This document shows positions 13,063 to 26,512 of a stretch of DNA of 64,000 nucleotides, piece by piece. The stretch's first letter is position 1. Each line of letters starts with the position of its first letter. The notes beneath the pieces are model-generated. The model was not told the origin of the DNA. It saw only the letters and a list, made by a program, of their open reading frames with translations, and searched no databases. The stretch is taken from the NCBI RefSeq assembly GCF_009914755.1, contig NC_060936.1; one strand, 5' to 3'. Position numbers and translations under genes: made by a program. Source of the DNA: the human T2T-CHM13v2.0 reference genome, Homo sapiens.

Positions 13063-13649
13063 TCTTTCCTCAGGTACTGTTTCCCTTCATGGAAAACTTT
13101 TAAAAGCATCTCTATAGGGACTTTTGATCCCAACAATATTAAAATCTTATCCAGTGTTAATTTAAATATTATTGTTGTTTTTTTACTTCATTTGTAGCAT
13201 ACATGACTTTCAGAGCCATTTTGTAAAATGTTTAGGTAATCTCTTCTGATTCAAGAATATTTAAAAAGTCTCCTAAAATTAATTTACTGCCTGAAAACTC
13301 AATTTATTGAAGTTATCTTTGTGGGTTGCATTTTGAAAGCCCTGCAATTTTCGGAGCCCCATACCTCTTCATCACCAGAAACATATGCACATATAATTTA
13401 TCTGTCCTTGTCTTTACTTAAACACTTGATCATAGGACCAAGGAACAAGATTACCTCTACCTTACTATATTTCTTAAGTGGCCAGATGACTGCCCACCCA
13501 TAGAAGAAATTATGAAAACTCTTAACATCCTTCAGTTATTACCCTAGATTCTATATGACATTGACAGGCATTAATAAACACTTATTATAAATATAAAAAT
13601 ATCATTGATTATTCATTACACAGGAAGAAAAGATATTGGATTTCAAATT

Positions 13650-13830
13650 TAAGTATAACCAGAATATTAGCACCACATTTACCTATTAGTTATTTAACAT
13701 ACCCAGTCACTACCCATCTCTAAGCCTCAGCATTTTTATAACCATATGATGAGGTATATATTATTATTATGCCCATTTTACAGACCAAGAAACTGTATTT
13801 GAAATGCAACTTAAGCCACTTGGCACTTGC
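13650..13830 (-). mobile_element. MIR
   Basis: attattatgcccattttacagaccaagaaactg antisense MIR core. Confidence 0.6.
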
Positions 13831-13852
13831 CACTTGTTGCTAATTGGACACT

Positions 13853-14366
13853 TGTAGAGTCCAATTAACAATAGTGAGGTCTGGCATAAAGAAAATGACT
13901 TTTTATTCCAAAGCTAGCTTAGTGGAAGTACAGGCTTCCTGCTTAAGGGTGCTGCTTCACTTTTGGAGCAGAAAGCAAGCACTTTTAAACTGGGCTGAAC
14001 ATGAGAAGCACGGTTCGGGGGGCGGTAGGTGAGCTGGCAGGGGATCTGTGTATCAGCTTGGTGCCTTGTCTACCAGCCAGTCAAGCTGGTGCCTGCTGGC
14101 AACTTTGTGGGCAGGCATATTTTGGATTGTAAATTGACTGTTATCCCTTGAGGCAACCTCCTGGTAGGTGAGAGTTCATTTCTGAAGCTGCTAAGCACAT
14201 AGTTAGATGAACTTGCCCTGTAGCAAGTGACTGGTGAAAGGGAGGTAAAAGGCTATATTTGCATTTCTAAAGGACTAAGTAGGAAGTGGGGAAAAGCAGG
14301 AAAGAGAAGAGAGAGAGAGAAAAAATAAATGATCTCTTTGAAAAATAGGCGCTACTAGTTGTTAAA
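13853..14366 (-). mobile_element. ERV1 solo LTR (MER87-like)
   Basis: Reverse complement contains ccccacttcctacttagtcctttagaaatgcaaatatagcc...cagggcaagttcatctaactatgtgcttag. Confidence 0.65.
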
Positions 14367-14394
14367 CAAGTTTAGTGACAGTAACCTAGCTAGG

Positions 14395-17300
14395 CAGACA
14401 TCATCAAGATGGCTGTCTAGAGGTGCCCAGTGCTCATCTTCTGTATAAAGCAGTACACAAACAATAAGTAAACTGTGAGTAGAGTGTCTAAGGAGGAATA
14501 CTGGAATTAGGAAGTGATGAAGACCTAAAGCATGAAAACTTGGGATGGCAGAATACAGAAGGCAGTGAAGCACCTGGCCAAGATCAGTTCAGAACCCAAA
14601 GCATCTTCCCTTTGTGGGGGAAAAGGTAAGCAGGAGATTCCCAACAGCTCCTATTACTAGAATAGAAACCTGAAATCCTAGCTAAAGGAGAGCCCCCACA
14701 GTTCTCCCAGGCCCTGAGCCCAATATAGGAAGCTGCCTGGAGTCCATATGGTTGCATTGCCTAAGAAAAGGAGCCCTTTCTGGGTTCTCTCCACTCCCAC
14801 GGACCTAAGCTACTATGGCAGATGCCATTTTGTGAACAGGGCCACTGTTAGAGTGCATCTTGCCTTGGGGGCCAATAGCCCTTGAATCTCCACATTTCTG
14901 AGGCCTTACCATCATCCCACCATGCCCACACAAAAGGCATGGTGTACAATCAAGTGGTGCCATGACCCCAGCTAGCCCCAGCAGTACAACCATGACACCA
15001 GCACTTAAGCCTATGCAGCTCCCTGCACTCTAAGAAGCAGGCAGTACAGCACAGTGGTGAGACAGACCCTAAGGTAGGAGAATTGATGCACACAGACCCC
15101 AGGGCCCAAGGACCATCCCATCCAGCACTCATCATTGCCAGCAATGCCGCCTCCATGACCAACAGAGCCAATGTGACTGGTGTGTGCCCCCACCAGTTCC
15201 TGAGAACCTGCTCACTCAGTGGCCCCCACCCACAGAAAAGCCATATTACCATCTCCACAAAAACATATAGTTTAGGCCACTGAGGCACTTGCAGACACCA
15301 GTGTCATCGATTATAGCAAAATGAATCACATGGAAACTGCACTATTGTACCAATCCCAAACCAAAGCCAAAGCACCCTACTCAATCAACAATATAGGGTA
15401 CATCTATAGGGAAGAGTCTTTCCCTTCAAAAGTTACTCTATAAAATTGGAAGAGACATATGTTCTACCAGATTTGCAGATATCAATGTAGGGACACAAGA
15501 AACATGAAAACACAAGAAAGCATAACAGCTCCAAAGAACACTATAATTCCCCAGTTATACATCCAAAAGAAATCTATGCAATACATGAAAATAAATGCAA
15601 AATAATGGTTTTAAGGAAACTCCATGAGATACAAGAGAACACAGATAATTGTACTGAATCAGAAAAACAATTCATGATGTGAATGAGAAATTCAAGAAGA
15701 TATCGTAGATATCATAGAAAAATCCAAACAGAAATCTTGAAGCTGAAGAATTTAATGAATGAAGTAAAAATTACAACTGATAGCATCAACAGACTAGATT
15801 AAGCAGAAGAAAAATTTTCTGGACTTGAAGACAAGTCTTTTGAAATAACTCAGTGACATACCAAAAAAAGAAAAAAAATAATAAAATTTAAAACACCTAT
15901 AAGACATATGGGACACCATTACATGAACAAATATTTGTGTTAGGGGAACTTCAGAGGAGAAAAGATGGGAATAGGCATAAAAAACGTATTTAACGAAGTA
16001 AATGCTTAACATTTACCAAGTCTTGGAAAATATATGGACATTTAGATCCAGGAAGCTCATTGGTTCCCAAATAGATGCAAAACAAAACGTTTCTCTCTGA
16101 GGCACATTATAGTCGAAGTATCAAAAGTCAAAGACAAAGAGAATTCTAAAAAGAGTAAGAGAAAAGCATCAAGTTTAATATAAGGGAATCCACATTGGAC
16201 CAATAGCAGATTATTTTATTTCTCAAAAAGAAACATTACAGGCTAGAAGAAAAGGGGATGATATATTCAAAGTACTGAAGGGAAAAAACCCGCCAGCCAA
16301 AAAATACTATAACCAGCAAAAGTATCTCACAGAACTGAAGGATAAATAAAACCTATTCCAGACAAACAAAAAGTGAAGGAATTCATCACGACTATACTAG
16401 TCTTACAATAAATGATTAAGGGGTTCTACATTGGAAGTACAAGAATGATAGTTACTATTATGACAACAAACGAATGTACAAAACTCAATGATAGAGCAGA
16501 TATGCAAATGAGAAGGGGAAAGGAATTGAACCTTATCACTACAGAAGACCACCGAACCACAAAGATAAACAATAAGAGAGAATAAAGGGAGCAATATGTT
16601 GCCTACAATAAACTCACTTCCCCTATGAAGACACATATAGACTAAAAGGGAAGGGATAGAAAAATATAGGTCATGCAAATGGAAACCAAAAGCAAGCAGG
16701 AGTAACTATATTTATATGAGATAAAATATACTTTAAATCAAAAAATGTAAAACAGATAAAGAACATCATTATAAAATGATAAATCAATTCAGCAAGAGGA
16801 TATAACAATTGTGTGTGTATATATATATACCCAACAATGAAGCACCCAGATATATAAATTGAATATTATTAGATCTAAAGGGAGAGATAGACTCCAATAA
16901 AATAATTGAAGACTTAAACACTATACCCTCACTGGACAGATCATCTAGACAGAAATTCAACAAAAATACACCAGGTTTAAACTGTACTTTAGATTAAATA
17001 GACCTAGTAGATATTGCAAACATTTCATCCAATTGCTGCAGAATATAAATTCTTCTTACCAGCACATGAAACATTATTAAGGTTAGACCATGTGTTAGGC
17101 TACAAAACAAGTCTCAAAAAATTTTATCAAAATCAAAATCATATCAAGTATGTTTTAAGACAATAATGGAATAGAACTAGGAATCAATAAACAAGAGGGA
17201 TTTTGGAAACTGTACAAATACAGTTGAAATAGGAACAAACCTAAACTTGTGGAATACAGCAAAAGCAGCAGTAACGGTGAAGTTTATAGCAGTAAATGCC

Positions 17301-18997
17301 TAGATCAAAAAAGTAAAAATATTTTAAATAAACATTGATGCATGTCAAGGAACTAGAAAACCAAGAACAAACCAAACCCCAAATTAGTACATGAAAAGAA
17401 ATAATAAAGTTTAGAGCAGAAATAAACAAAATTAAGACTAAAAGCAATACAAAAGATCAAGGAAACAAAAAGTTGGTTTTTGGAAAATATAAAATTGACA
17501 AACCAATGGATTTTACAGCCAACTGGTTTTTGACAAGGATGCCAAGAACATACCCTGGGGAAAGGAGAGTTTCTTCAATAAGTGATGCTGGGGAAAAGTC
17601 TACTAAAACTAATTTGTTGTCATTATACAGGAAGGATAATGGATATCCATATGCAGAATAATAAAAATAGACTCATCTCACACCATATATAAAAATCAAC
17701 TCAGAATCACTTAAAGACTTAAAAGTAAGATGAGAAACTGTGAAACTCTAGAAGAAAACATAGGAGAAATGCTTCTGAACATTGGTCTGGGCAAAGATTT
17801 TATGGATAAGAACTCAGAAGTACAGGCAACAAAAGTAAAAATAGACAAATGGAATATTATCAAACTAAAAAGATTCTGAGCAACAAACAAAAAACAATCA
17901 AAAGAGTGAAAAGACAACCTGTAGAATGGGAGAAAATATTTGCCAACTATTCACTTGACAAGGGGTTAATATGCAGAATAAACAAGGAACTTAGACAACT
18001 CAACAGAAAAAAAAACCCAAATAGTCCAAGTAAAAAATAAGCAAGTGATCTGAACAGACATTTCTCAAAACAAGACAAGCAAAAGGCCAGCAAGTAAATG
18101 AAACAGTGCTCGACATCACTAATCATCAATGAAATGCAAATCAAAATCACAATGAGATACTATCTCATCCCAGTTAGAATGGTTATTATCAAAAAGACAA
18201 AAAATAACAAATGCTGGTGAAGATGCAGAGAAAGGGGAACTTTTACATACTGTTGGGAATGTAAATTAAGCCACTCATTATAGAAAACAGTATGGAGGTT
18301 CCTCAAAGAAATAAAAATACAACAACCTTATGATCTAGTAATCCCACTACTGGGTATATATCCAAAGGAAAGGAAATCAGTATATCAAAGAAATATCAGT
18401 ATTCCCATGTTTATTACAGCATTATTCAAAATAGCAAAGTTATGGAATCAACCTGTGTCTATCAGCAGATGAATGGATAAAGAAAATATGGTTTATATGT
18501 ACAATGGAATACTATTCAGCCATAAAAAAGAATGAAATCCCGTAATTTACAGCAGCATTGATGGAACCAGAGGCGATTATGTTAAATGAAATAAACCAGG
18601 CACAGAAAGAAAAATATTGCATGTTCTCACTCATATATGGAATGTAAAAAGTTGATCTTATAGCAGGAGAGACTAGAATAGTGATTACTAGAGGCTGGGA
18701 AGGGTGGGGGAATAGGGAGAGGTTGGCTAACAAATACAAAATTATAGCTGAATAGAATGAATAAGTTCTGGTGTTCTATAGCCCTGTGGGGTGGCTATAA
18801 TGAACAATAATTTATTGCATATTTTCAAATAGCTAGAAGAGGGGATTTTGAATGTTCCCAACACAAATGATAAATATTTGAGGTGATGAATATATTAAAC
18901 CTCGATGTGATTATTACACATTTTATAAATGTATTAAAATATTATAGTGTACCACATAAATAAGTATGTATATTATGTGCCAGTTAAAAAAATACAT
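14395..18997 (+). mobile_element. L1MA-type element with 5' UTR, ORF1, endonuclease region and 3' end; RT deleted at about 17505
   Basis: 5' caagatggc start; ORF1 remnant about 15500-16450; 3' UTR ataagttctggtgttctatagc...tgtgccagttaaaaaa. Confidence 0.88.
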
Positions 18998-19324
18998 AAA
19001 AACCTGTACAACATCAGAGCTTAGCCAAAGAGACTGAATCTGTGAGGATATGGAAGGCACTTTGAACACTTGTACAGTGTCTAGGCTATTATTGTTTATA
19101 TTAATTAACATTGTACTAAGGCAAATGCTAGCAGAAATTATTATAATGGGCATGTTGTCTATTTGGTTTGCTATAATACACAGTCTTTCTTTTGTATTTC
19201 TAATAAACCCTATTCTCTTGTTTCTTAAAAGAAAAGTAATGCATGAAACACAAACTGAGCCAATGTAATACTACCTACCAGGCACCATTTTAGTCTCTGA
19301 AGATTTGCTAGTCTATGAGTTTTG

Positions 19325-19972
19325 CTTTGTAAACTTTTTAATTTTTTTTAAATTTTTGACTCTTTTGTAATAACACTTAGCTTAAAACACAAGCACATTG
19401 TACAGCTGTACAAAAATATTTTCTTTTTTAATATTCTAATTCTATTTATCTTTTCCTCTTTTTAAGCTTTATGTCAAAAAGTAAAACACAAACACACACA
19501 CTAGCTTAGTCCTACACAAATTCTGGATCATCAGTATCACCGTCTTTCACCTCCACATCCTGTCCCACTGAAGGACTTGCCTGAGGATGTTTTACAGCTA
19601 ACTTTTTTGTTGTTTTTTTTTAAGTAGAAGGGGTACATTCTAAAAACAATAAAAAGTTTAATATTGGAAACACATAAACCAGTTACATAATCATTTATTA
19701 TCATTATCAAGTATTATGGACTATATGTAATTGTACGTTCTATACATTTATAGCACTGGCAGCACAATGGATTTGCTTACACCATCATCAACACAAATGT
19801 GAGTAATGTGTTGTGCTATGACATCATGACATCACTAGGAATTTTTAGGATGTCACTAGGAATTTTTTTAGGACATTATTAGGAATTTTTCAGCTCCATT
19901 ATAACTTTATGGGACCGCCATTATGTATTCAATCCATCAGTGATCTAAATGTCATTAGCTGGCTCACAACTC
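19325..19972 (+). mobile_element. Tigger3 (Golem)-family DNA transposon fragment
   Basis: gactcttttgtaataacacttagcttaaaacacaagcacattgtacagctgtacaaaaatatt; terminal cagctccattataactttatgggacc. Confidence 0.8.
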
Positions 19973-21249
19973 TTATCTGCAAAACACCTTCACAGCAGTA
20001 CTTATATTAGTGTTTGTTTCAACAACCGAGAGAAAGTGTGTGTACACTAGGGGCAGAGAAATTTGAGCCCCATCTCAAAATTCTACTATAGGGCCTGTAT
20101 TTAGAATCAGGTTTCCAGTAGTGATCATTCAAGTTTTCAAACTTCTGGAGAGCAAATATGGCTCTTGATTGTAAATAAAAATAAAAATAAACAAAATATA
20201 AAGAAATCACTTTTTTTCCTGTTGAAGTACTTAAGGATTTTAAACTAAATTTAATAAATCTGAAAGCTGTTCCAACACTAATTCTGTAGCTGAGCAGGTA
20301 ACAAAAGTAGCCCGGATGATATTAACTGAAATTCAAGATAGAAAATAAAAGACAACCTCTGGTTAAGTTAAATCTCTGATTAAGCTACAACACCTACTAG
20401 ATTTTAAAATAGTTTATGTATTTAGTTAATATTCATAGCATGCTCTTCATTTCTCATTTGAAATGTTCCCTTTCAAATTGCACTATGATTGCTGAAATGA
20501 ACCAGTGAGCAAGTTAGTACAGGTATATATTTTTCTGGAAATGCTTTGTAAAATTTAGCACTTTATTTTCATATCCTTTAAATAATTTCTTTGCATTTAT
20601 AATGTAATGTTTTAAAAATATGAAACATATTTGTATGCACAATGCAGTATCCAATATGTAAATAATTATAATGTAAAAATACTGGAAGAAAATATATCAG
20701 TAAGCCTACAGTTTTTTAGAATAGTGAGAAAACTTCTACAAGTTTTTTAGAATAGTGAGAATACTGTAGTTCTCTAATCAAAAATTTTAAATGTATTTGT
20801 ATTACCTTAGTAATTAAAAGATTTAGCATAACCCTGTTAAAATATTTTGTTTTCAAACAAGTTTCCTTTTCTCTGTCAAAATGATGCATTTGATATTACA
20901 GTTAAGTTACATTTATACTCAATACACCTTATCAGAAAGTTGCATTTGATTTTTAAGATATAAAACTCAGTGTTCCTTTCCTGCAATAATATATCTATTA
21001 TTCGTTAAATTTAAGTGACTCATAGGAGGAGTTACTCATCATTTTTTTCCAAATTTCCAAACTTTGTCCAGATGGCTGTCAAATTTGAAGCATGAAATTC
21101 TTTAGAATTGATTAGAAAAAGAAAAGCTTTTAACCAGTCCACCAAATCATAGATATTTACTGACTCCCTCTATATGTTCAGGACTGTGTTAAGCACTTAG
21201 CAAGTGAGAAGGATTAAGATCCTTATACTCTATGATCTTAGATTATTAT

Positions 21250-21955
21250 ATCCAGCCCTAAATATTAAGATATTTTCTTGTTACTTAGCTTATTTTTGCC
21301 ATTTTCAATCGATACTTGCTTACAAGTATTGATGTAAAAAATTTTCCCTGCCTTTGAGATTTGTGCCCTATTTGCTCATGATACATTGCCTATTTTATAT
21401 ATTGCTGGCATTTCCTAAGATTTTTAGCTGTAATTTTTATTTCATGCAATGTCTCTGCCAGAGGTTGATGTCAGGACCCTGCTAGCATCATGTAATGAAT
21501 AAGCAATGTTTATTTTTTATATTCTGAATGAATGCATACATTTTGTAATTTTTCTTCTATAATTTTTGGTAGAATTTACTAATAAGCACATATATACCTG
21601 GTAATTTTTTGTGGGAAGGTTTCTGATAACAAATAGAAACTTTTTTGAAAATTATTAGGGCAACCGATATTTTTTATTTCATTTTGTATCAGTTTTGCTA
21701 ATTAGCATTTTTCAAGAAATTTGTCCAATATTTCTAAGTTGTTAAATTTATTGGCATTTATAGTATTTTCTTGTTATAGTTTGGTATCTGTGATATATGT
21801 AGGAACACACTCATTCTTAATGTTAGGAATCTACTTTTCTTTTCCTTTTTTTGATCAATTGATTTTATTTTTTCAAACTTACATTAGGCTTTATTAATTT
21901 TCTCTATTTTTGATTTCCAGTCTTTATTGCTTCTTCTAGTTACTCAGTGTTTTTG
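21250..21955 (-). mobile_element. Old L1M ORF2 fragment
   Basis: ttggtagaatttact, ttttcaagaaatttgtcca, ttgatcaattg antisense ORF2 motifs. Confidence 0.65.
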
Positions 21956-21959
21956 TAAT

Positions 21960-22380
21960 TAAAAATTTTAATTTTTTTACCTTCATTGAAGTATAACTGA
22001 TAAATTAAATTGCATATATTTAAAGTTTACAATGTGATAATTTTATGTACCTATACATTGTGAAATGATGACCACGCATCCATCACTTCTCATAGTTATG
22101 TTTTGTTTCCTTTGGTGAAAACACTGAAGATCTACTCTTTTACCTTAACAAATTTCAAGTATAGAATATAATATTATTAACTACAGTCACCATGCTGTAC
22201 GGTAGACCCTCAGAACTTACAACTGAAAGTTTGTACTTTCATGTTATAACTGAAAGTTTGTACCCTTTAACAACATCTCCCCAATTACCTAACCCCTCAG
22301 CCACTGACAACCTCATTCTACTCTGTGTTTCTATGAGTTTGATTTTTTTAAAAAAGAGTTTTCATATAAGTGGAATTATT
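21960..22380 (-). mobile_element. L1MA9/L1MB-like 3' end
   Basis: ttgaagtataactga...aaatttcaagtatagaatataatattattaactacagtcaccatgctgtac. Confidence 0.8.
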
Positions 22381-22382
22381 AC

Positions 22383-24545
22383 CTTAATGTAATAAAAGCC
22401 ATCTGTGACAGACCCACAGCCAACATAATACCGAATGGGGAAAAGTTGAAAACATTTCCCTTGAGAACTGGAACAAGGGAAGAATGTCCACTCTCACACT
22501 TCTATTCAACATGGTGCTGGAAGTCCAAGCCAGAGCAGTCAGAAAAGAGAAGGAAATCAAGGGCATCCAAATCGGTAAAGAGGAAGTCAAACAGGTGCTG
22601 TTTACTGATGATATGATCACTTACCTAGAAAACCCTAAAGACACCCAGAAAGCTCCTAGAACTGATAAATGAATTTCAGCAAAGTTTCAAGATACAAAAT
22701 TAACTTACACAAATCAGTAGCTCTGCTATACAACAACAGTGACCAGCTGAAAATAAAATCAAGAACTCAATCCCTTTTCCAATAGCTGCCAAAAAAAAAA
22801 AAAAAATACTTAGGAATATACCTAACCAAGGAGGTGAAAGACCTCTACGAGGAAAACTACAAAACATTACTGAAAGAAATCACAGATGACACAAAGAAAT
22901 GGAAACACGTCACATGCTCACAGATGGGTGGTATCCATATTGTGAAAATGACCATACTGCCAAAAGCAATCTACAAATTCATGCAATTCCTATCAAAATA
23001 CTACCATCATTTTTCACAAAATTAGGAAAAACAATCCTAAAATTCATATGGAACCAAAAAAGAGACTCACAGCCAAAGCAAGACTAAGCAAAAAGAACAA
23101 ATCCGGAGGCATCACATTATCTGACTTCAAACTATACTAAAAGGCCATAGTCACCAAAACAGCATGACACTGGTGTAAAAATAGGCACATACACCACTGG
23201 AACAGCACAGAGAACCCAGAAATAAGCCCAAATACAGCCAACTGGTCTTTGACAAAGCAAACAAAAACACTAAGTGGGGAAAGGACACCATATTCAATAA
23301 ACGGTGTTGGGATAATTGGCAAGCCACATGTAGAAGAAAGAAACTGGGTTCTCATATCGCACTTTACACAAAAATTAACTCAAGATGAGTTAAAAACTTA
23401 AATCTAAGACCTGAAACCATAAAAATACTAGAAGATACATTGGGAAAATCCTTTTAGACATTGGCTTAGGCAAAGACTTTATAGCCAAGAACTCAAAAGC
23501 AAATTCAACAAAAACACAGATAAATAGACGAGACTTAATTAAACTAAAAAGCTTCTGCACAGCAAAAGAAATAATCAGCAGAATTAACAGACACCGCACA
23601 GAGTGCGAGAAAATCTTCACAATGTATACATCCAACAAAGGACTAATATGCAGAATCTACAAATAACTCAAACAAATCAGTGAGAAAAAAATTAACAATC
23701 CCATCAAAAAGTGGGCTAAGGACTTGAATAGACAATTCCCTAAAGAAGGTATACACATGGCCAAGAAGCATATGGAAAAAATGCTCAACATCACTAATTA
23801 CCAGGGAAATGCAAATCAAAACGACAATGTGATACCACCTCAGTTCTGCAAGAATGATCATAATCAAAGCATCATAAAATAATAGATGACATGGATGTAA
23901 TGAAATGAGAACACTTTTACAAAGTTGGTGGGAATGTAAACTAGTACAACCACTATGGAAAACAGTGTGGAGATTCCTTAAAGAACTAAAATTAGACCTA
24001 CCATTTGATCCAGCATTCCCACTACTGGATATCTACCCAGAGGAAAAGAAGTCATTATATGAAAAGATTCATGCATAAGCATGTTTATAGTAGCACAGTT
24101 TGCAATTGCAAAAATATGGAACCAGCCCAAATGCCCATCAAGCAATGAGTAGATAATGAACATGTGGTATATAAATAGCATAAAATACTACCCAGCCATA
24201 AAAAGAAACGAAATAATGGCATTCACTTCAACCTGGCTGGAACTGGAGACTATTATTCTAAGTGAAGTAACCCAGGAATGGGGAAACAAACATCGTATGT
24301 TCTCACTCATAAGTGGGAGAAAAACTTTGAGGATGCAAAGGCATAAGAATGATAAAATGAACTTTGGGGACTGGGAGGAAAGGGTGGGAGTGGGGTGAAG
24401 GATAAAAGACTACACATTGGGTACAGTGTACACTGCTTGGGTGATGGATGCACCAAAATCTTGGAAATCACCACTAGAGAAATTCATGTAACCAAACACT
24501 ACCTGGTCCTCAAAAACCTGTTGAAATAAAAATAAATTTTAAAAG
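22383..24545 (+). mobile_element. L1PB1-like 5'-truncated LINE-1
   Basis: ORF2 RT peptides ([30 protein letters not shown]...FTDDM); 3' UTR gataaaagactacacattgggtacagtgtacactgcttgggtgatgg. Confidence 0.92.
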
Positions 24546-24957
24546 CCCTATTTACATCAGAGGTTGTTAGATTTTGTGCCTAGAGTTGTTCAGCTCTGTG
24601 CAGTTTGTATTATGGTTTTCAGGTTTACCATGGGGATATATGTATTAATTGCACAGAAAACCTGTATATATAATTGTTTGTGCTCTATCAAGGGGAGCTC
24701 TAGCCTTCATAATTATTTTAATTGAATACTGCTGCTCCCTTTGTGCTACTTTACTTGTATTAATGAAGATTTGAGTAATTAGATTTAGAAGAACATAGCA
24801 TGTTTGCTTGTCTGCATACAGAATTTCAGTGATGTTTTCTCAAATGAATTGAGAATAATACTGAAATGCTGAAATCTTGTGATATATAAGTGGAATGTCT
24901 ATGGGCTTTTAGTAGATAAAGGAAGAATAAAATCCTGCACGCTTTTCTTTCTTTGCA

Positions 24958-25010
24958 TTATATATATATATACACATATATATAATATGTATATATGATA
25001 CATATACACA
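24958..25010. repeat. (TA)n-rich microsatellite
   Basis: tatatatatatacacatatatataatatgtatatatg. Confidence 0.8.
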
Positions 25011-25062
25011 TGGTGTATGTATTCTAATATTTAGAAAGAAATACAGACAATCCTGTATTCCT

Positions 25063-25214
25063 GATGATAGTCCAACTTATGATGGTTTAACTTATGATTT
25101 TTTTTTGCTTCTGGTGGGTTTATTGGGGTATTAAATACATTTTTGATTTATGATATTTTTAACTTGCAATGGGCTTATAGGGATGTAACCCAATCATAAG
25201 TCAAGGTGCATCTG
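25063..25214 (-). mobile_element. MER47-like Tigger MITE
   Basis: Terminal gggatgtaacccaatcataagtcaaggtgcatctg matches the reverse complement of the MER47 start. Confidence 0.7.
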
Positions 25215-25599
25215 CATATGTTTATTTCTATATTTTAAAAAGCATATTATTCTTTGATATGCTCTGATGTAACACATATCCAATTATAATCTATGATCTC
25301 CTGGAAAATATTAGTTATATTTAAAACAATATTTTATTATACAAACAATATATTTCAGAGTTGGTTAGCTCTACTTCAAAAAAATGCAAAAATAAAAAAA
25401 ATTGGGTATATGAAAACAATGGTTAATAAAGAGTGATTAAATCTCTAATTCCAGCTACTTATACATATAGCTAAATCATTCACTCATATATTAGTCAGTC
25501 ATTTATCCATTTGGAGAATGATAGTAATAACTATATACACTTTCTGGATTTCTTTTTCTTTTCATGTGCTTGTTATTTTATATGTATATAAATGTATTC

Positions 25600-25975
25600 T
25601 TTGGTTCAAAACTTGTCAAATCTTGTTGGAAACATGCAGGACATGAAAAAAGCAGAGCAAAGTATAAAAGTATAAAATTTCATATTCATTAATTCAATTT
25701 CATAAAGTATGCTGGAAGAGATAGAAAAGAGGGAGGAGTCATAGAGCCCATTGTTAGTGAGATTATGCTATTATAAAGGCAAAATCCTTAAATTGTTACA
25801 GACAAAATTCTACGCATTGTGAGCACATCACATTTTTACTTTAATCATTAAGATGATAACTAACAGAAAAACAGAGGATTGAAATGGATTTTAAAAACTA
25901 GGATGATAAAACTAATGAAAAAATGCTGAAATAAAATTTCTAAATTAGATACAAAAGTGAATTACACCCTGTAGT
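25600..25975 (+). mobile_element. Old L1M fragment
   Basis: A-rich degenerate L1 inter-ORF-like sequence. Confidence 0.4.
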
Positions 25976-26013
25976 ATGATAAAAGTTTTTTTTTTTTTTT
26001 GGAGTGTTTTCTC

Positions 26014-26512
26014 TCCTGCAGTCAAGAACTGTGAAGTGTCTAATATATTACCCTACATTTACACTATCATATTAGCCTGTCGTATTATGCTGGCAGAAGA
26101 TATAAGAGTCCTGGGTCAAAGAGAAAGGAGTTTATTACTATGGAACAATGGGCAATATAAGTATCAGCATATTTTCATCAATTCCCTTATGCCCCCAAGT
26201 TTTATAGGACCCAAAGAGATGCTAGACAAATAGTGGATTATGTTAAAGGAAAATACTGAACTTAGGAAACCCAAATCTTTTATAATGGGTGGTAAGAAGG
26301 CCTATCATTTTACCACAGAGGGAACAATTATCTTTATTATACTAGAGAGTAAGCATAAGCAAACCTATTCTTTCCTCTGGAGAGTGGTACAATCTTCCAA
26401 GGCTGTTCATGTTTTATTCTTGAAAAGATAATCCTGAAAAAGGAGGAGCAATACCTCACTCGCAATCTATGTAGAAAAGTAAAAGAGAAATAGAGGTTTA
26501 TTCTTTTCTAAA
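26014..26512 (-). mobile_element. MER74/MER54-like class III (ERVL) LTR, 3' LTR of the adjacent provirus remnant
   Basis: Reverse complement has ttatcttttcaagaat...aacagccttggaagat...gtataataaagataattg...cccattataaaagatttgggtttcctaagttcag. Confidence 0.75.
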
